64,000 nucleotides of DNA from a bacterium. Lineage in GTDB: Bacteria > Patescibacteriota > Minisyncoccia > Phycocordibacterales > UBA9973. Numbering within the stretch: position 1 is the stretch's first letter; every line of letters begins with the position of its first letter. The notes beneath the pieces are model-generated. The model did no database searches, had not been told where the DNA came from, and saw only the letters and a list, made by a program, of their open reading frames with translations. Below, one piece after another: positions 11,222-21,025 of the stretch. The stretch spans positions 244,795 to 308,794 of the forward strand of contig JBBCGN010000001.1 of the NCBI GenBank assembly GCA_037200905.1, given 5' to 3'. The translations under genes and the position numbers were made by a program.

Positions 11222-11664
11222 ATGAAATACAACAAGGAAGTTCTTCAGAGAGTGCTTTCCTCCTCTCGTCGCGGCAGGATCGTTATCGCGATCGAATGGG
11301 GCATACTGGCAAGCCTGGTATCCGCGCTAGTCTACGGAGCCGGAGCCTATTTCGTGGGATTCGGCGCGGACCTACGGTCGCCTCTGCAGCCATGGGTAGT
11401 ATTCCTCGTCTTTTTCGGCATCGGCTTCCTCTTCGGTTGTCTGTTCGGCTTAGCGAGCGAGCGTCCGTGTTCGCATGGAAGATCTGGCCGCCGAGCGCGG
11501 AACAGGTCGAAGCCTACAACCGCGAGCAAAGAGAAGAAAAGAAACTCGACCTGCTGGTGGAAATGGACTGGAACCAGAAATTCATATATGAGAAACTGGA
11601 TGAAGTATCCGCGCTGCAGCAGAAGAACACTTCTCTGAAGAGCGAATTCGACAAACTATCCTGA
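11222..11664 (+). pseudogene. Hypothetical membrane protein (one frame break near 11465)
   Basis: ORF 11222..11638 (TM-rich N-terminus) joins the tail of ORF 11185..11664 (..EQVEAYNREQREEKKLDLL..). A terminator hairpin follows at 11697-11730. Confidence 0.4.
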
Positions 11665-11731
11665 CCGTCATCGCGGTAAAATCGCTCTGACATCTTCAAT
11701 TCCCTTTTCAGCAATGAAAGGGAATTTTTAT

Positions 11732-11759
11732 TTGACAAAAGGCGTACAAAATGTAATAT
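11732..11759 (+). promoter_or_regulatory. Sigma-70-type promoter candidate
   Basis: TTGACA (11732-11737), 16-nt spacer, TAATAT (11754-11759), upstream of 11776. Confidence 0.5.
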
Positions 11760-11775
11760 CAGGAAAACGTCGCAC

Positions 11776-12237
11776 ATGGAAACAAAAGAAATGAGGCTGA
11801 ATTTTCAGGGCAATCACATGCCCCGCCCGCTGTTCCTGGAAAGGGGTGAAAAGCGATCTGCTTCCCTTCATCAGCATACATACGCTCCAGTGGAACATCT
11901 TCGCCATGCTCGTCGTCGAGATGATCAAGAATATCTACGACCATGCCGAAGGCGTCGGCTATGCCCGTTTGAGAAGGATACGGATGCCATCATCTTCGAG
12001 ATCCGGGACTACGGCAAAGTTCCTTTCAAGTATGACGTGATGTCCGCGACAGGGCAAAGCACGAGCGCCAAGGAGCACAACAGGGGGCCTCGGGCTTGCC
12101 ATCATCAGCGAACTCGCCAAGCAGCTCAAGATAGAGCTCGACATAGAGCAGTCGAAAGGGCTTATCTACAAGGGCTCCTGGGCGGTACAACAGATAGCAC
12201 GTTCGCGTGTTGTCTGTTTTTTATTTCATCTGAGTAA
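11776..12237 (+). pseudogene. HATPase_c-like ATP-binding protein (RsbW-type kinase-like; frame breaks, 3' end uncertain)
   Basis: Pieces read ..AMLVVEMIKNIYDHAEGVGYARL.., ..AIIFEIRDYGKVPF.. and, in a third frame, NRGLGLAIISELAKQLKIELDIEQSKG. Confidence 0.45.
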
Positions 12238-12429
12238 CTTTGACGACGCTGCCGTCCTTGGCATACGTGGTCCATTCTCCGACCTGCTTATTCTGCTTCA
12301 GATACCCGTACGCATTTTTGTACCGTCTTTGCGGAACCATTGCCAATATCCTTCCATCTTGCCACCGAGCATGAACCCCTTGGCCCAGACCGTACCGTCC
12401 TTATGATAATGCGTATATTTTTTCTTCAT
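12221..12429 (-). pseudogene. MORN-repeat (YwqK-like) small protein (one frame break)
   Basis: My translation gives MKKKYTHYHKDGTVWAKGFMLGGKMEGYWQWFRKDGTKMRTG / YLKQNKQVGEWTTYAKDGSVVKV. It is absent from the ORF track because both pieces are shorter than 60 aa. Confidence 0.55.
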
Positions 12430-12432
12430 GAT

Positions 12433-12761
12433 TTATTCGAATACTTCGATCGGATAGACATCGGTCGCAGGTTCTTCATATGGATGCACGTCCTTGATAG
12501 CCTTGAGCACTGCTTGCAATGCGTCGCCTTCGCAGACAGTCTCGATGCGGTCTTCGGAAATTTCTTCGAGCTTGCCCACTTCGCCGATCGCGGGATGCGC
12601 GCCGGTGCCGGGCTTGAACCTGCCCGTGCCCTTGATGGTAAAAGTGCAATACGTATACTTGCCTATCACGCCGCACCGGCAGCGCCTATAGCTTCGCGCA
12701 ATCGATCCGCGTCAGGCTCCGGAACATATACCACTATTTTATATCTTTTCTTTGGATTCAT
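12433..12761 (-). pseudogene. COG3323 / Nif3-associated PII-like domain protein (one frame break near 12670)
   Basis: MNPKKRYKIVVYVPEPDADRLREAIGAAGA joins VIGKYTYCTFTIKGTGRFKPGTGAHPAIGE..HPYEEPATDVYPI. Confidence 0.55.
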
Positions 12762-13000
12762 ATTTTTGATGACTGTTAATTTTTCTGCTCTTGATAATCT
12801 TTTCAAAGCTCCTTCTCGTGCTCGGGCCTTGGCATACGTCCGCACCCGTTCGGAATATTTCAGAGTGACCGGCCGGCGGATCTTGGTGTAGTGCGCGCCG
12901 TTCTTGGAATTGTTGTGCTGATGCAGTCTTTTTCTAAATCGTTAGTACTGCCTACATAGAGCGTCTTGTCTTTGCACTCGAGAATGTATACGAAGAACAT
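12762..13000 (-). pseudogene. Small GIY-YIG nuclease family protein (frame break; no stop before the next gene)
   Basis: MFFVYILECKDKTLYVGSTNDLEK, then in another frame RLHQHNNSKNGAHYTKIRRPVTLKYSE..AREGALKRLSRAEK. Confidence 0.65.
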
Positions 13001-13046
13001 GTATAAAGTATAGCAGATTCTCGGTGTCAGGGCCGGATGCCTGTAT

Positions 13047-13075
13047 TTGACAAAATATAACTTTAGATGTAATAT
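13047..13075 (+). promoter_or_regulatory. Sigma-70-type promoter candidate
   Basis: TTGACA (13047-13052), 17-nt spacer, TAATAT (13070-13075). Confidence 0.55.
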
Positions 13076-13355
13076 AAAGAAAACTATTCTTTCACAAAAA
13101 CAAATACACATGAAACACAAATCACTGAACATCGCCCTCACCTGCCTGATGGGCGGACTGATCGGCACCTTCGTCGGACTGCGATTCGCTTCTATCATCG
13201 GACTGATTGTCAGCATCTGTACGGCGGACTTACGGGCTACCTGCTCTGGGAAGTCAAAAAAGTATTCGCGGCCATTCCCGTAGCATTCACGGAAACAGGT
13301 CATGCTCTTAGAACATTCTTCAGGGTGCCATGGAGAAAGATAGGGGACGTTTATA

Positions 13356-13919
13356 TTGTTTCTCCTCATCGGCGTTTATGTTTTTCTGCTTATGACGATA
13401 AGCATACAGCTTGTGCAGGGTATGAGTATTACGAAGTCCGTTCATAACGTTGGAAATCTATTTGCTGATGATTTGGAGAACATGCCGTTTCTGTCCCGGG
13501 TATTATTGCATACCATCGGCATCATAATCTGCAGCTTCGGCGGAATGATATTCGGCGCTTTAGCTACATCAGGTAAAGCGTCAGGAAGAGAAGTAATGCG
13601 GAAGTTCTGGACGTATTATAATCCCGTCGTAGTGCCTTTTTTCCTCTTGTATTGGGCCGTATATGCTCTCGCACAGACTATCATCGCCGTCGCCAGGGCG
13701 CTGAAATTCACGGCAACGTTCGCAGGAGTATTCAGCAAGAAGCTTTTCCTGCTCATCCATTCGGAGCTCAGGCTGCTCTGCCTCACGGATTCGGCCATCG
13801 GCGCCGCGGTCGGCTACCTGTATCATTCCCCCATCATCGGCGGCATCATCGGGGCGGTCTTCGGCCTGGCGAACTATTGGATCGTAACGATCAAGATACT
13901 GAAACTGCAGCCGAAATAG
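13356..13919 (+). CDS. Hypothetical multi-pass membrane protein (may extend 5' to about 13110 through frame breaks)
   Basis: 187-aa ORF with several hydrophobic segments. ORF 13047..13283 upstream is also TM-rich. A terminator hairpin follows at about 13935-13975. Confidence 0.45.
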   Translation: MFLLIGVYVFLLMTISIQLVQGMSITKSVHNVGNLFADDLENMPFLSRVLLHTIGIIICSFGGMIFGALATSGKASGREVMRKFWTYYNPVVVPFFLLYWAVYALAQTIIAVARALKFTATFAGVFSKKLFLLIHSELRLLCLTDSAIGAAVGYLYHSPIIGGIIGAVFGLANYWIVTIKILKLQPK

Positions 13920-14039
13920 AAGTTGGACGAATAAGCTTTCTGAAGCCCTCTTATCCGAGAGGGCTTTTTATTTTCAGGAATTAATTGAAGACATGATATT
14001 CTCCTTCGGAAACGACCTCAACCTTGTCGCCATCGACTT

Positions 14040-14687
14040 TTACTGCGACATATCATCGAGCGCATAGATTTTTTCTGGAATCTGTTTCGCGATCTCAGCG
14101 ATATACTGATTATTTGCATGCGGAAAGTGGGATGAATTGAAATGCGGACGGATATAGAAATCTACGAAGTGCAGCGCATCATTGCTGGTGTAGCCGAATT
14201 CTTCTTCATAATAAATTTTCTTGTCATTATTCGAGAGCGCGAGGTTTGGCGCAGTGACCATGCTGCCGGCGCTGATACCTGCCCACACGCGAGTCTCCAG
14301 CAGCTTTGGCAATTCTGCCTGCAATCCTGACTGCACGATCCAGCGCATGAGGTGCACGCTGTTGCCGCCAGAAAAAAATAATACATCCGCAGCTTCGAAT
14401 TGCTGCCGGAATTCTGCTACGTTTTTATTCTCGATATCTATAATCTCAAATGACGCAAGGCTTTGCTTCTTGATGTTCTCGATATCAGTCATCAGCCAAT
14501 CCTTATCTCCTTCCTCGACATTCGCTGCCGTCGGAATAAAAACGATCTTTGTCTCGCTCGCCGGTTTTCCAACCAGCTCAAAAAGCGCCTTTGCGATAGA
14601 TGGATTAGAGAGACCGTTCGAAGTAAGCAGTAATTTCATTCTCTGCATTATCTCATACAAATCAAACTCTTCACTACTTATCCACAC
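14040..14687 (-). CDS. Peptidase S51 (dipeptidase E-like) family protein (probable start 14639-14648)
   Basis: MKLLLTSNG..KIVFIPTAA..ADVLFFSGGNSVHLM..WAGISAGSMV. Confidence 0.75.
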   Translation of the reverse strand: MWISSEEFDLYEIMQRMKLLLTSNGLSNPSIAKALFELVGKPASETKIVFIPTAANVEEGDKDWLMTDIENIKKQSLASFEIIDIENKNVAEFRQQFEAADVLFFSGGNSVHLMRWIVQSGLQAELPKLLETRVWAGISAGSMVTAPNLALSNNDKKIYYEEEFGYTSNDALHFVDFYIRPHFNSSHFPHANNQYIAEIAKQIPEKIYALDDMSQ

Positions 14688-14695
14688 ACACTACC

Positions 14696-15073
14696 TTGCA
14701 TTACAAGGTAGCTCGAGTTATATTCAGAATATGCGGAAAAGACAATGTAGAAAATGTAAAAGCCCAGATGCGCAAAGGCAGCCTCGAATTCTGCATCCTG
14801 CTCATCATCTCGCGCGGCGAAGTATACGCGAGCGACATATTGAAAGAGCTGAAAGCGGCGGACCTGATCGTGGTCGAGGGCACCCTCTATCCCCTGCTCT
14901 CCCGGCTCAAGAGCATGGAGCTCCTCGCCTATACCTGGAAAGAATCCGAAGAGGGCCCGCCGAGAAAGTACTACACCCTCACGGAGAAAGGAAAGAAGAA
15001 TCTGGAACAATTAAAACAAACATGGTCGAAGCTTAAGCAGTCGATTAACTCACTTAGAAAGAAAATTATATGA
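14696..15073 (+). CDS. PadR family transcriptional regulator (start possibly 14768)
   Basis: ..MRKGSLEFCILLIISRGEVYASDILKELK..EGTLYPLLSRLKSMELL..PPRKYYTLTEKG. Confidence 0.85.
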   Translation: MHYKVARVIFRICGKDNVENVKAQMRKGSLEFCILLIISRGEVYASDILKELKAADLIVVEGTLYPLLSRLKSMELLAYTWKESEEGPPRKYYTLTEKGKKNLEQLKQTWSKLKQSINSLRKKII

Positions 15074-16771
15074 AAAAAACTATACCCACAACGCTTGCAG
15101 GCACTCTCTTCTACATAGAAGAAGACGCATACGAAAAATTGAGCGCGTATCTTGATTCCATCAAGAAGCATTTCGCCGGCGACGCGGACAGCGCGGAGAT
15201 CATCTCCGACATCGAGAACCGCATGGCCGAGCAGTTCCTGGAGCACAGCAACAAGGACAAGGTGGTGACCCTCGCCGAAGTCGAGACGCTCATCGCTTCC
15301 ATGGGCCACGCCGAGGATTTCGGAGACGAAAACATGAACGGCGGCAAGGCCGGCACGGAGGAAGCCGCAGGCGGCATAAAGAGCAGGAAGCTCTTCCGCA
15401 ACCCGATGACAAGATGATCGCGGGCGTGGCGAGCGGACTGGCGGCCTTCTTCGGCATCGGACGCCGCGATCGTGCGCATCATCTTCGTCATCGTCACGCT
15501 CTTCGGCGGCTCGGGCGTGCTCATCTACATCATCCTCTGGCTCATCGTGCCGGAGGCCAAGACCAGCGCGGAAAAATTGGAAATGCGCGGCGAGAAGATA
15601 AATCTCGAATCACTGAAAGAAATGGCCAAGGAAAAGATAAACGAAGTCAAAGACAATCCCCGCGCACGCAGCAGCTTCCGCGAAGCCGTCCGTCTGCCCT
15701 TCGTTATCCTCCGTAAAATCCTGCATGCTATCGTTCCCATTATCCGAAAAATTGTCGGTATCTGCATCACTCTCGGCGCGAGCATCACGCTCCTCGGTTC
15801 GCTCTTCATCCTGACCGTGACGGTATTCAATATCCACTCCCCGTACGTCGACTTCCCGGTATTCGCCCTCGGGCACACTGCCCTGATATACGCGGTACTC
15901 TTTGCCGTCTTCTTTATCATCTTCATCCGATCATGTTCATCTTTCTGGCGGGCGTACGTCTGACGAGCAACACGAGGGTATTCCATCCGGCCGCAGCACT
16001 ATCGCTCGCAGGCTTGTGGTGCCTCTGTATCATATTCGCCGGCGCCGCCGGCACGCGCCTCGTGCCTGAATACCGGGATTACATCGCAACGAGTCCGGAC
16101 TATCAAGTAGCCACTCAAGATTTCCCGCTCGCTGATTTCACCGGCATGCGCGTAGAGAACGGCAACAAGGTCACCTTGGTTCATGACGCTACCTTCAAAG
16201 TCAGTGCTACTGGCACGGAAAAATCCATCTCCAATCTCTCCATGACAGTCGTCGACGGAGAGCTCGTCATAAACAGCACAAAGCATTGGTGGCTGTGCAT
16301 CTTCTGCAACGAGAGCCGTCCGGATATTTCTGTCACCATGCCGGAAATACAAACACTTTCTCTGGCGAACGGCTCGCGCCTGACTGCAAACGGCATCGCC
16401 GCGGATGATCTGACCCTCACTCTTGCCAACGGCTCGCGCGCGGACATGAGGTTTTGACGCCAAGAATTTCACCCTCGACGAAGCAAACGCTTCATGGGTG
16501 AAGCTCTCCGGCACGGCCGATGCGGCGGACTTCAAGCTCGCCAACGGCTCCGATGCCGATGCGAAAAAGCTCATCGTCGACGTCATGAAGATAATCGCTG
16601 AGAACGGCTCGGTAGCCGATATCCATGCCGACAAGACTCTCGACGCCCGATCTCGCGAACGGTTCCATCGTCACCTACACCGGCGACGCAAAAATCACCA
16701 AGGACATCAAGAACGGCTCGCGATTGCAGCAGAAAATGGAGAGCCTGGAATATATCCAGCCTGCGATATAA
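15070..16771 (+). pseudogene. PspC domain membrane protein with C-terminal DUF2807 (head GIN)-like repeats (about four frame breaks)
   Basis: KLFRNP..KMIAGVASGLAAFFGI..VRIIFVIVTLFGGSGVLIYIILWLIVPE (PspC). Later come repeated ..LANGSR.. beta-strand units. ORFs 15070, 15472, 15933 and 16498 plus a final frame join. Confidence 0.7.
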
Positions 16772-16811
16772 TGCGCAACGAAAAAAGACAGCAGATGCTG
16801 TCTTTTTTCGA

Positions 16812-17915
16812 TTATTCTTTTTCTCCCATGAGGAGGAGCGCGGAGTGGAGACGGCTATGACATTGAAACGCAAACGGCCGATGATCTTGCCTTCGGTCGT
16901 TTCGACGTTTACGCGCCATTTGCCGGGTGTAAGGTTCGAACGCATAGAGTAGGTACGGAATCCCCCGTCGCGCCCGCCGATGACCGGCAGGCTGATGATG
17001 CCTGTGGTGGCCCAGGCTCGTTCCGATTCGTCGTAATACTGCCATTCATGGAGAATGGTAATGTTCAGATTCCTCGGGGAGAATACGGCGCTGTAGGCAT
17101 ACGCTCCCGCGCCGGGCGCGGCGGTAAACGTCTTGAACAGCCTGAAGTAATCTTTCCACGAGTGCTTTTCATCAGAGACGTAATAATTGCCGCCAGCCAC
17201 TTTCTCTACGGAGTGATACACGCCGCCCTCCTTGAGCGACAGCGGGATGGGCGGAATGAGGTTGGTGAAATAAAGCGCGTTCACGATGGCGAAGATGCCG
17301 AGGATGAGCAGGGCGATCATCTTCCTGCTCTCGTACTTGTCGCGGACGGATTTATCCTTGATGAAATGAAAGAGTATCACGATGAATAGGCCGATGAACG
17401 CGAGGCTGGCGGCGCCGGAGAGCAGGAAGACCCACGTGCCGATGCGGTGCAAGACTACCGGCACGAGGAATATGGCGAAAGAATAGATCGACAGGAAGAA
17501 TAGGCTGATCTGGAAGCTGAAGCGGATGTAATGGCGCTTGAAAGACTGGTTTGCCACGAACGCCGCCACGAGGAGCAGGATGAATGGCCAGGTCACGAAG
17601 ATATCCGCGCTGCGGAAATAAAATACCAGATAGGTTGGAGAGGATGCCGCCGAAGAAGAACTGCAGGATATTCACGTACCAGAAGTGGGCCTTGTGGGGG
17701 TCTTTCTCGTCCCCCGCCTTGCTCTCCTGCACGTGTATGAGGATGATGAACACTGCCACGATAAGGAGATGGGCCAAGATCCAGACATTTTCCCAGAGCG
17801 TGTCCACGCGCTCGAGGGTAATGGCATCGAAGACGAATCCGGTGATGAGAGAGACGGAAGAGGATCGACCGCTCGAAGCGGCCGTAGAAATTCGTATCGG
17901 TGTGATCAAAAACAT
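16812..17915 (-). pseudogene. DUF2914-like integral membrane protein (two or more frame breaks)
   Basis: The middle of ORF 17352..18101 (MFLITP..WENVWILAHLLIVAVFIIL..) joins ORF 16583..17596 (..ITILHEWQYYDE..GKWRVNVETTEGKIIG..). The true stop is probably at 16812, just after the terminator at 16783-16810. Confidence 0.5.
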
Positions 17916-17946
17916 GCCATCAGTATAGCAAATCCCGGATAGACTG

Positions 17947-18411
17947 CTACGCCACTCCCTCTTCCTCGAAGACTTGCCTGACCTTGCCGCGAATGCCGAA
18001 GACCCGGCCGTACATGATGCCGGCCAGTATGGCGAAAGAAACGGCAAGAACGGACGGACCGTGCACGAAATAGCCGACGATCTTCGATCGGAATACCTCA
18101 AAGACGACGTACAGCACGAGAATGATTACCCCGACAGCATCGAACTTTGAGATGACTTGCGCGGCATTCTTGTCCCAGGAAATCTTGTACATGCGCGCCA
18201 CGACCGTGCCGATGACGATGCCGACGAGCAATCCCACGAGAGCCAGAAACGCGTTCGCGCCGTCTTTCAGGATATGGAAAATGGAAACGCCGAGGACCAC
18301 GATGGATATGACGAAGTATATGATGACGCGCATGCGTAAACGCTTGTGCACCTTGTCTTTCAGATCATTGAATGGAGGCATAGATATGATTCTATTATAT
18401 TTATGCCTCAC
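17947..18411 (-). CDS. Hypothetical 4-TM membrane protein (start possibly 18381)
   Basis: Intact ORF with four hydrophobic segments. A TATAAT on the minus strand lies at 18394-18399. Confidence 0.45.
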   Translation of the reverse strand: MRHKYNRIISMPPFNDLKDKVHKRLRMRVIIYFVISIVVLGVSIFHILKDGANAFLALVGLLVGIVIGTVVARMYKISWDKNAAQVISKFDAVGVIILVLYVVFEVFRSKIVGYFVHGPSVLAVSFAILAGIMYGRVFGIRGKVRQVFEEEGVA

Positions 18412-18553
18412 ATGCTAGACTCGTATATGATAGATCTTTCTCTCGTCGGAAAAAGAATCGCCCTAGAAAGCGAGCGCCGCTGCAAAGGATTCCCTGCGGG
18501 GATTCGGACTGCCTTATCATGTACCAGCGGGTCAGCCCCGACCAAATCGTACT

Positions 18554-18582
18554 AAGCCTCCGCCATGCCGGAGGCTTTTTTA
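18554..18582 (+). terminator. Rho-independent terminator
   Basis: gcctccgccatgccggaggc followed by tttttt. Confidence 0.7.
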
Positions 18583-18583
18583 T

Positions 18584-18612
18584 TTGACAAAACTAAATAT
18601 TATTGATATAAT
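18584..18612 (+). promoter_or_regulatory. Consensus sigma-70 promoter
   Basis: TTGACA (18584-18589), exact 17-nt spacer, TATAAT (18607-18612), 28 nt upstream of the ATG at 18640. Confidence 0.7.
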
Positions 18613-18639
18613 AGTAATGTACATTTAAAACTAAAGATA

Positions 18640-19059
18640 ATGAAAAGCTATTCATTCTTCCAAGCCTTCGTACTTCTGTACACCGCACTCTCCGCAGTAG
18701 CCGTCATGTATATGATATATACGCGGATCTTTCATCCCTATCGCATGAGCAGAGGATATTCTTACCGCACGCGGCAGCGTCTGCAGAGAAAGAAGACCGC
18801 CGTGTTCGCTATCCACGTGATAACGGCATGCTTCATCTTTGCCTGGCTGGCCCTTGCACTGCCCTGGATCGATACTATCATCGGCACCCATTGGTTCACC
18901 ACGCTGCACGATGGCACCATGACCACGTGGTTCGGGAACTTCCGCGATAACCTAGGCGACAAGTATTTCGTAACGGTCCTGCTCGGCATCGCCGGAGTAA
19001 AAGGGGCACTGCTGGTGACGCTGAAGGTCAGTGTTTCCACCCGGCAGCGGGTATGGTAA
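18640..19059 (+). CDS. Hypothetical membrane protein
   Basis: Intact 139-aa ORF with TM segments, its own promoter, and a terminator hairpin at about 19095-19120. Confidence 0.45.
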   Translation: MKSYSFFQAFVLLYTALSAVAVMYMIYTRIFHPYRMSRGYSYRTRQRLQRKKTAVFAIHVITACFIFAWLALALPWIDTIIGTHWFTTLHDGTMTTWFGNFRDNLGDKYFVTVLLGIAGVKGALLVTLKVSVSTRQRVW

Positions 19060-19202
19060 AAAGACGCAGTTTTCATGAATTTTCATCAGCAATCAAGAGC
19101 ACCGGCATCGGTGCTCTTTTATTTGACAATGCCTGATTTTAATGTAAAGTATGGGCAAACAGAGCTCTCTAAAAACTATTTCATACACTAAAACTACTCA
19201 TC

Positions 19203-20153
19203 ATGGACAACAAAGAACAGGCCGAGCTCCTCGGCTTGAAGTTTTACCAGGGCAAGGTGCGCGACACCTTTGCCAAAGACGGCTATATCTGCCTGGTCGC
19301 TACGGACCGCATCAGCGCGTTCGATCACATCCTGCCGAAAGACGTGCCAGGCAAGGGCATCGTCCTCAACGAGATGACGAAGTACGCCCTCGGAAAAATC
19401 GGTACTACCGTACCCCATTGGCTGATCGAGAGCCCGCATCCGAACATACTCTTCGGCCATGCCTGCAAACCCTTCAAGATTGAAGTGGTGATGCGCGCAT
19501 ATATCGTCGGAAGCCTCTGGCGGAAGTACAGCAAGGACCGCGTCAGAGAATGCTGGGGTTACCGCCTGCCGGAAGGCATGCAGGAAAATCAGAAGCTCGA
19601 CGAGATCATGCTCACGCCGACGACCAAGGCAGAAGAAGGGCATGATCTGGATATCACCGAAGCCGAGATCCTAGAACAAGGTCTCGCCACTGAAGAGCAG
19701 TGGAATACCATAAAGAAGTATTCCGAAGAGCTGTTCAATATCGGCACCCGAGCGGCGAAAGAACGTGGTCTGATACTGGTAGATACCAAATATGAGTTTG
19801 GTACAGATCCCCGCGGCACCATCCGCCTCATCGATGAGGTCCACACGCCGGATTCTTCCCGCTACTTTTATGCGGACGAATACGAAGAGCGCTTTACCAT
19901 GAAGGAGAAGCAGAAGCAGTTGAGCAAGGAATTCGTCCGCGAATGGCTCATGGCGCACGGCTTCGAGGGCAAAGAAGGACAGTTCATGCCCGACATTACC
20001 GACGAAGTCGTAGATCTGTGGCAGACCCGCTACTTCGAATTGCTCCAGGTCATGACGGGCGAAACCATGCATCATGCCCCGCCAAGCATCAACATGGACA
20101 ATGTCATGGAAGTGATGAAAAATACTTTCAAGAAGCACATCACGCCAGCGTGA
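19203..20153 (+). CDS. purC: Phosphoribosylaminoimidazole-succinocarboxamide (SAICAR) synthase
   Basis: ..YQGKVRDTF..LVATDRISAFD..GKG..LIDEVHTPDSSRY.. Intact 316 aa. TTGACA at 19123-19128 and TAAAGT at 19145-19150 lie upstream. Confidence 0.85.
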   Translation: MDNKEQAELLGLKFYQGKVRDTFAKDGYICLVATDRISAFDHILPKDVPGKGIVLNEMTKYALGKIGTTVPHWLIESPHPNILFGHACKPFKIEVVMRAYIVGSLWRKYSKDRVRECWGYRLPEGMQENQKLDEIMLTPTTKAEEGHDLDITEAEILEQGLATEEQWNTIKKYSEELFNIGTRAAKERGLILVDTKYEFGTDPRGTIRLIDEVHTPDSSRYFYADEYEERFTMKEKQKQLSKEFVREWLMAHGFEGKEGQFMPDITDEVVDLWQTRYFELLQVMTGETMHHAPPSINMDNVMEVMKNTFKKHITPA

Positions 20154-20154
20154 G

Positions 20155-20194
20155 AAAAAATCACAGCGATACGGGAAACCGTATCGCTTTTTTA
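20155..20194. terminator. Bidirectional Rho-independent terminator
   Basis: aaaaaa-tcac-agcgatacgggaaaccgtatcgct-ttttt lies between convergent purC and 20192..20509. Confidence 0.75.
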
Positions 20195-20509
20195 TTTGAA
20201 TTCGAACAATTTGTCGCGAAAGTTCACGATGCGGTTCTTTGCATCGAGCTTGATGCCTTCTTTTTTATAGAGCGCGAGACGCTTGGCTTTATGCTCATTG
20301 TCGAGCCAGACCTTGCCGTCGGCATAGACGATGCGATGGAACGGGATATTCTTCACGCCTTCATCCTCAGCCTTGCCGAGGATAGCCGTGATGCTCATGG
20401 CCGCCCGTGCTCCCCCGCCCGCGGCCCGGGCCATGGCGCCGTATGTGGCAACCCTACCCTTGGGGATCTTGAGCGCCATTTTTATGATACGTTCGCTGAA
20501 AGTTTGCAT
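20192..20509 (-). CDS. MGMT-family DNA-binding protein lacking the catalytic Cys (alkyltransferase-like)
   Basis: IPKGRVATYGAMARAAG..NIPFHRIVYADGKV. The canonical PCHRV motif reads PFHRI here. Confidence 0.7.
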   Translation of the reverse strand: MQTFSERIIKMALKIPKGRVATYGAMARAAGGGARAAMSITAILGKAEDEGVKNIPFHRIVYADGKVWLDNEHKAKRLALYKKEGIKLDAKNRIVNFRDKLFEFK

Positions 20510-20528
20510 ATGGTAATTGTAGCAGATA

Positions 20529-20987
20529 TCACGACAAGGTCCGCTTCAGGGCGCGCAAGGGCTTGAAGAGCCAGGGTGCCCGGCGTACTCGATCAGCGAG
20601 CATGGTTCGCGAAGTGGCAAAGAGTATCTTCCAGTCACGCGGCACGAAACGCCATCTGCCACCCTCATTGCGAACCCAAGCTACGACTTCTCCGACATCG
20701 AAATTTCGCAGAGAACTCGTGATGCTCCTCGAAAAATGCCTTACGAGCATAGGTACCGCAGACTGCTGATTGGCAGGCTTCGTATCGGAAAGAAAGCTCT
20801 TGATGCCTGCGGCAAAGCGAGCCGGATCGGCGTCGGCCCTGTGCCAATTGTCCCAGGAATTATTCTTCAGGAGCCACGAGCCTTTGCGGGCATATACGTC
20901 CACCGTGCACCCGGCCCGCTTGAACAACCCCGGAATCTCTCCCGACAAGTCGGCATTGCTATGGTCGAAGAGAAGGACTCGAGACAT
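20529..20987 (-). CDS. Hypothetical protein
   Basis: Downstream part of ORF 20529..21092 from MSRVLLFDHSNADL. No motif recognised. Confidence 0.35.
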   Translation of the reverse strand: MSRVLLFDHSNADLSGEIPGLFKRAGCTVDVYARKGSWLLKNNSWDNWHRADADPARFAAGIKSFLSDTKPANQQSAVPMLVRHFSRSITSSLRNFDVGEVVAWVRNEGGRWRFVPRDWKILFATSRTMLADRVRRAPWLFKPLRALKRTLS

Positions 20988-21025
20988 ACGGGATATGTAT
21001 GAGATTTCGGAATCCACGGTCGAGA

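Noticed and set aside
19060-19202. Riboswitch (for example ZTP) in the purC leader.
   Set aside because: The leader is only about 50 nt after the promoter. It shows none of the conserved ZTP/pfl segments I remember.
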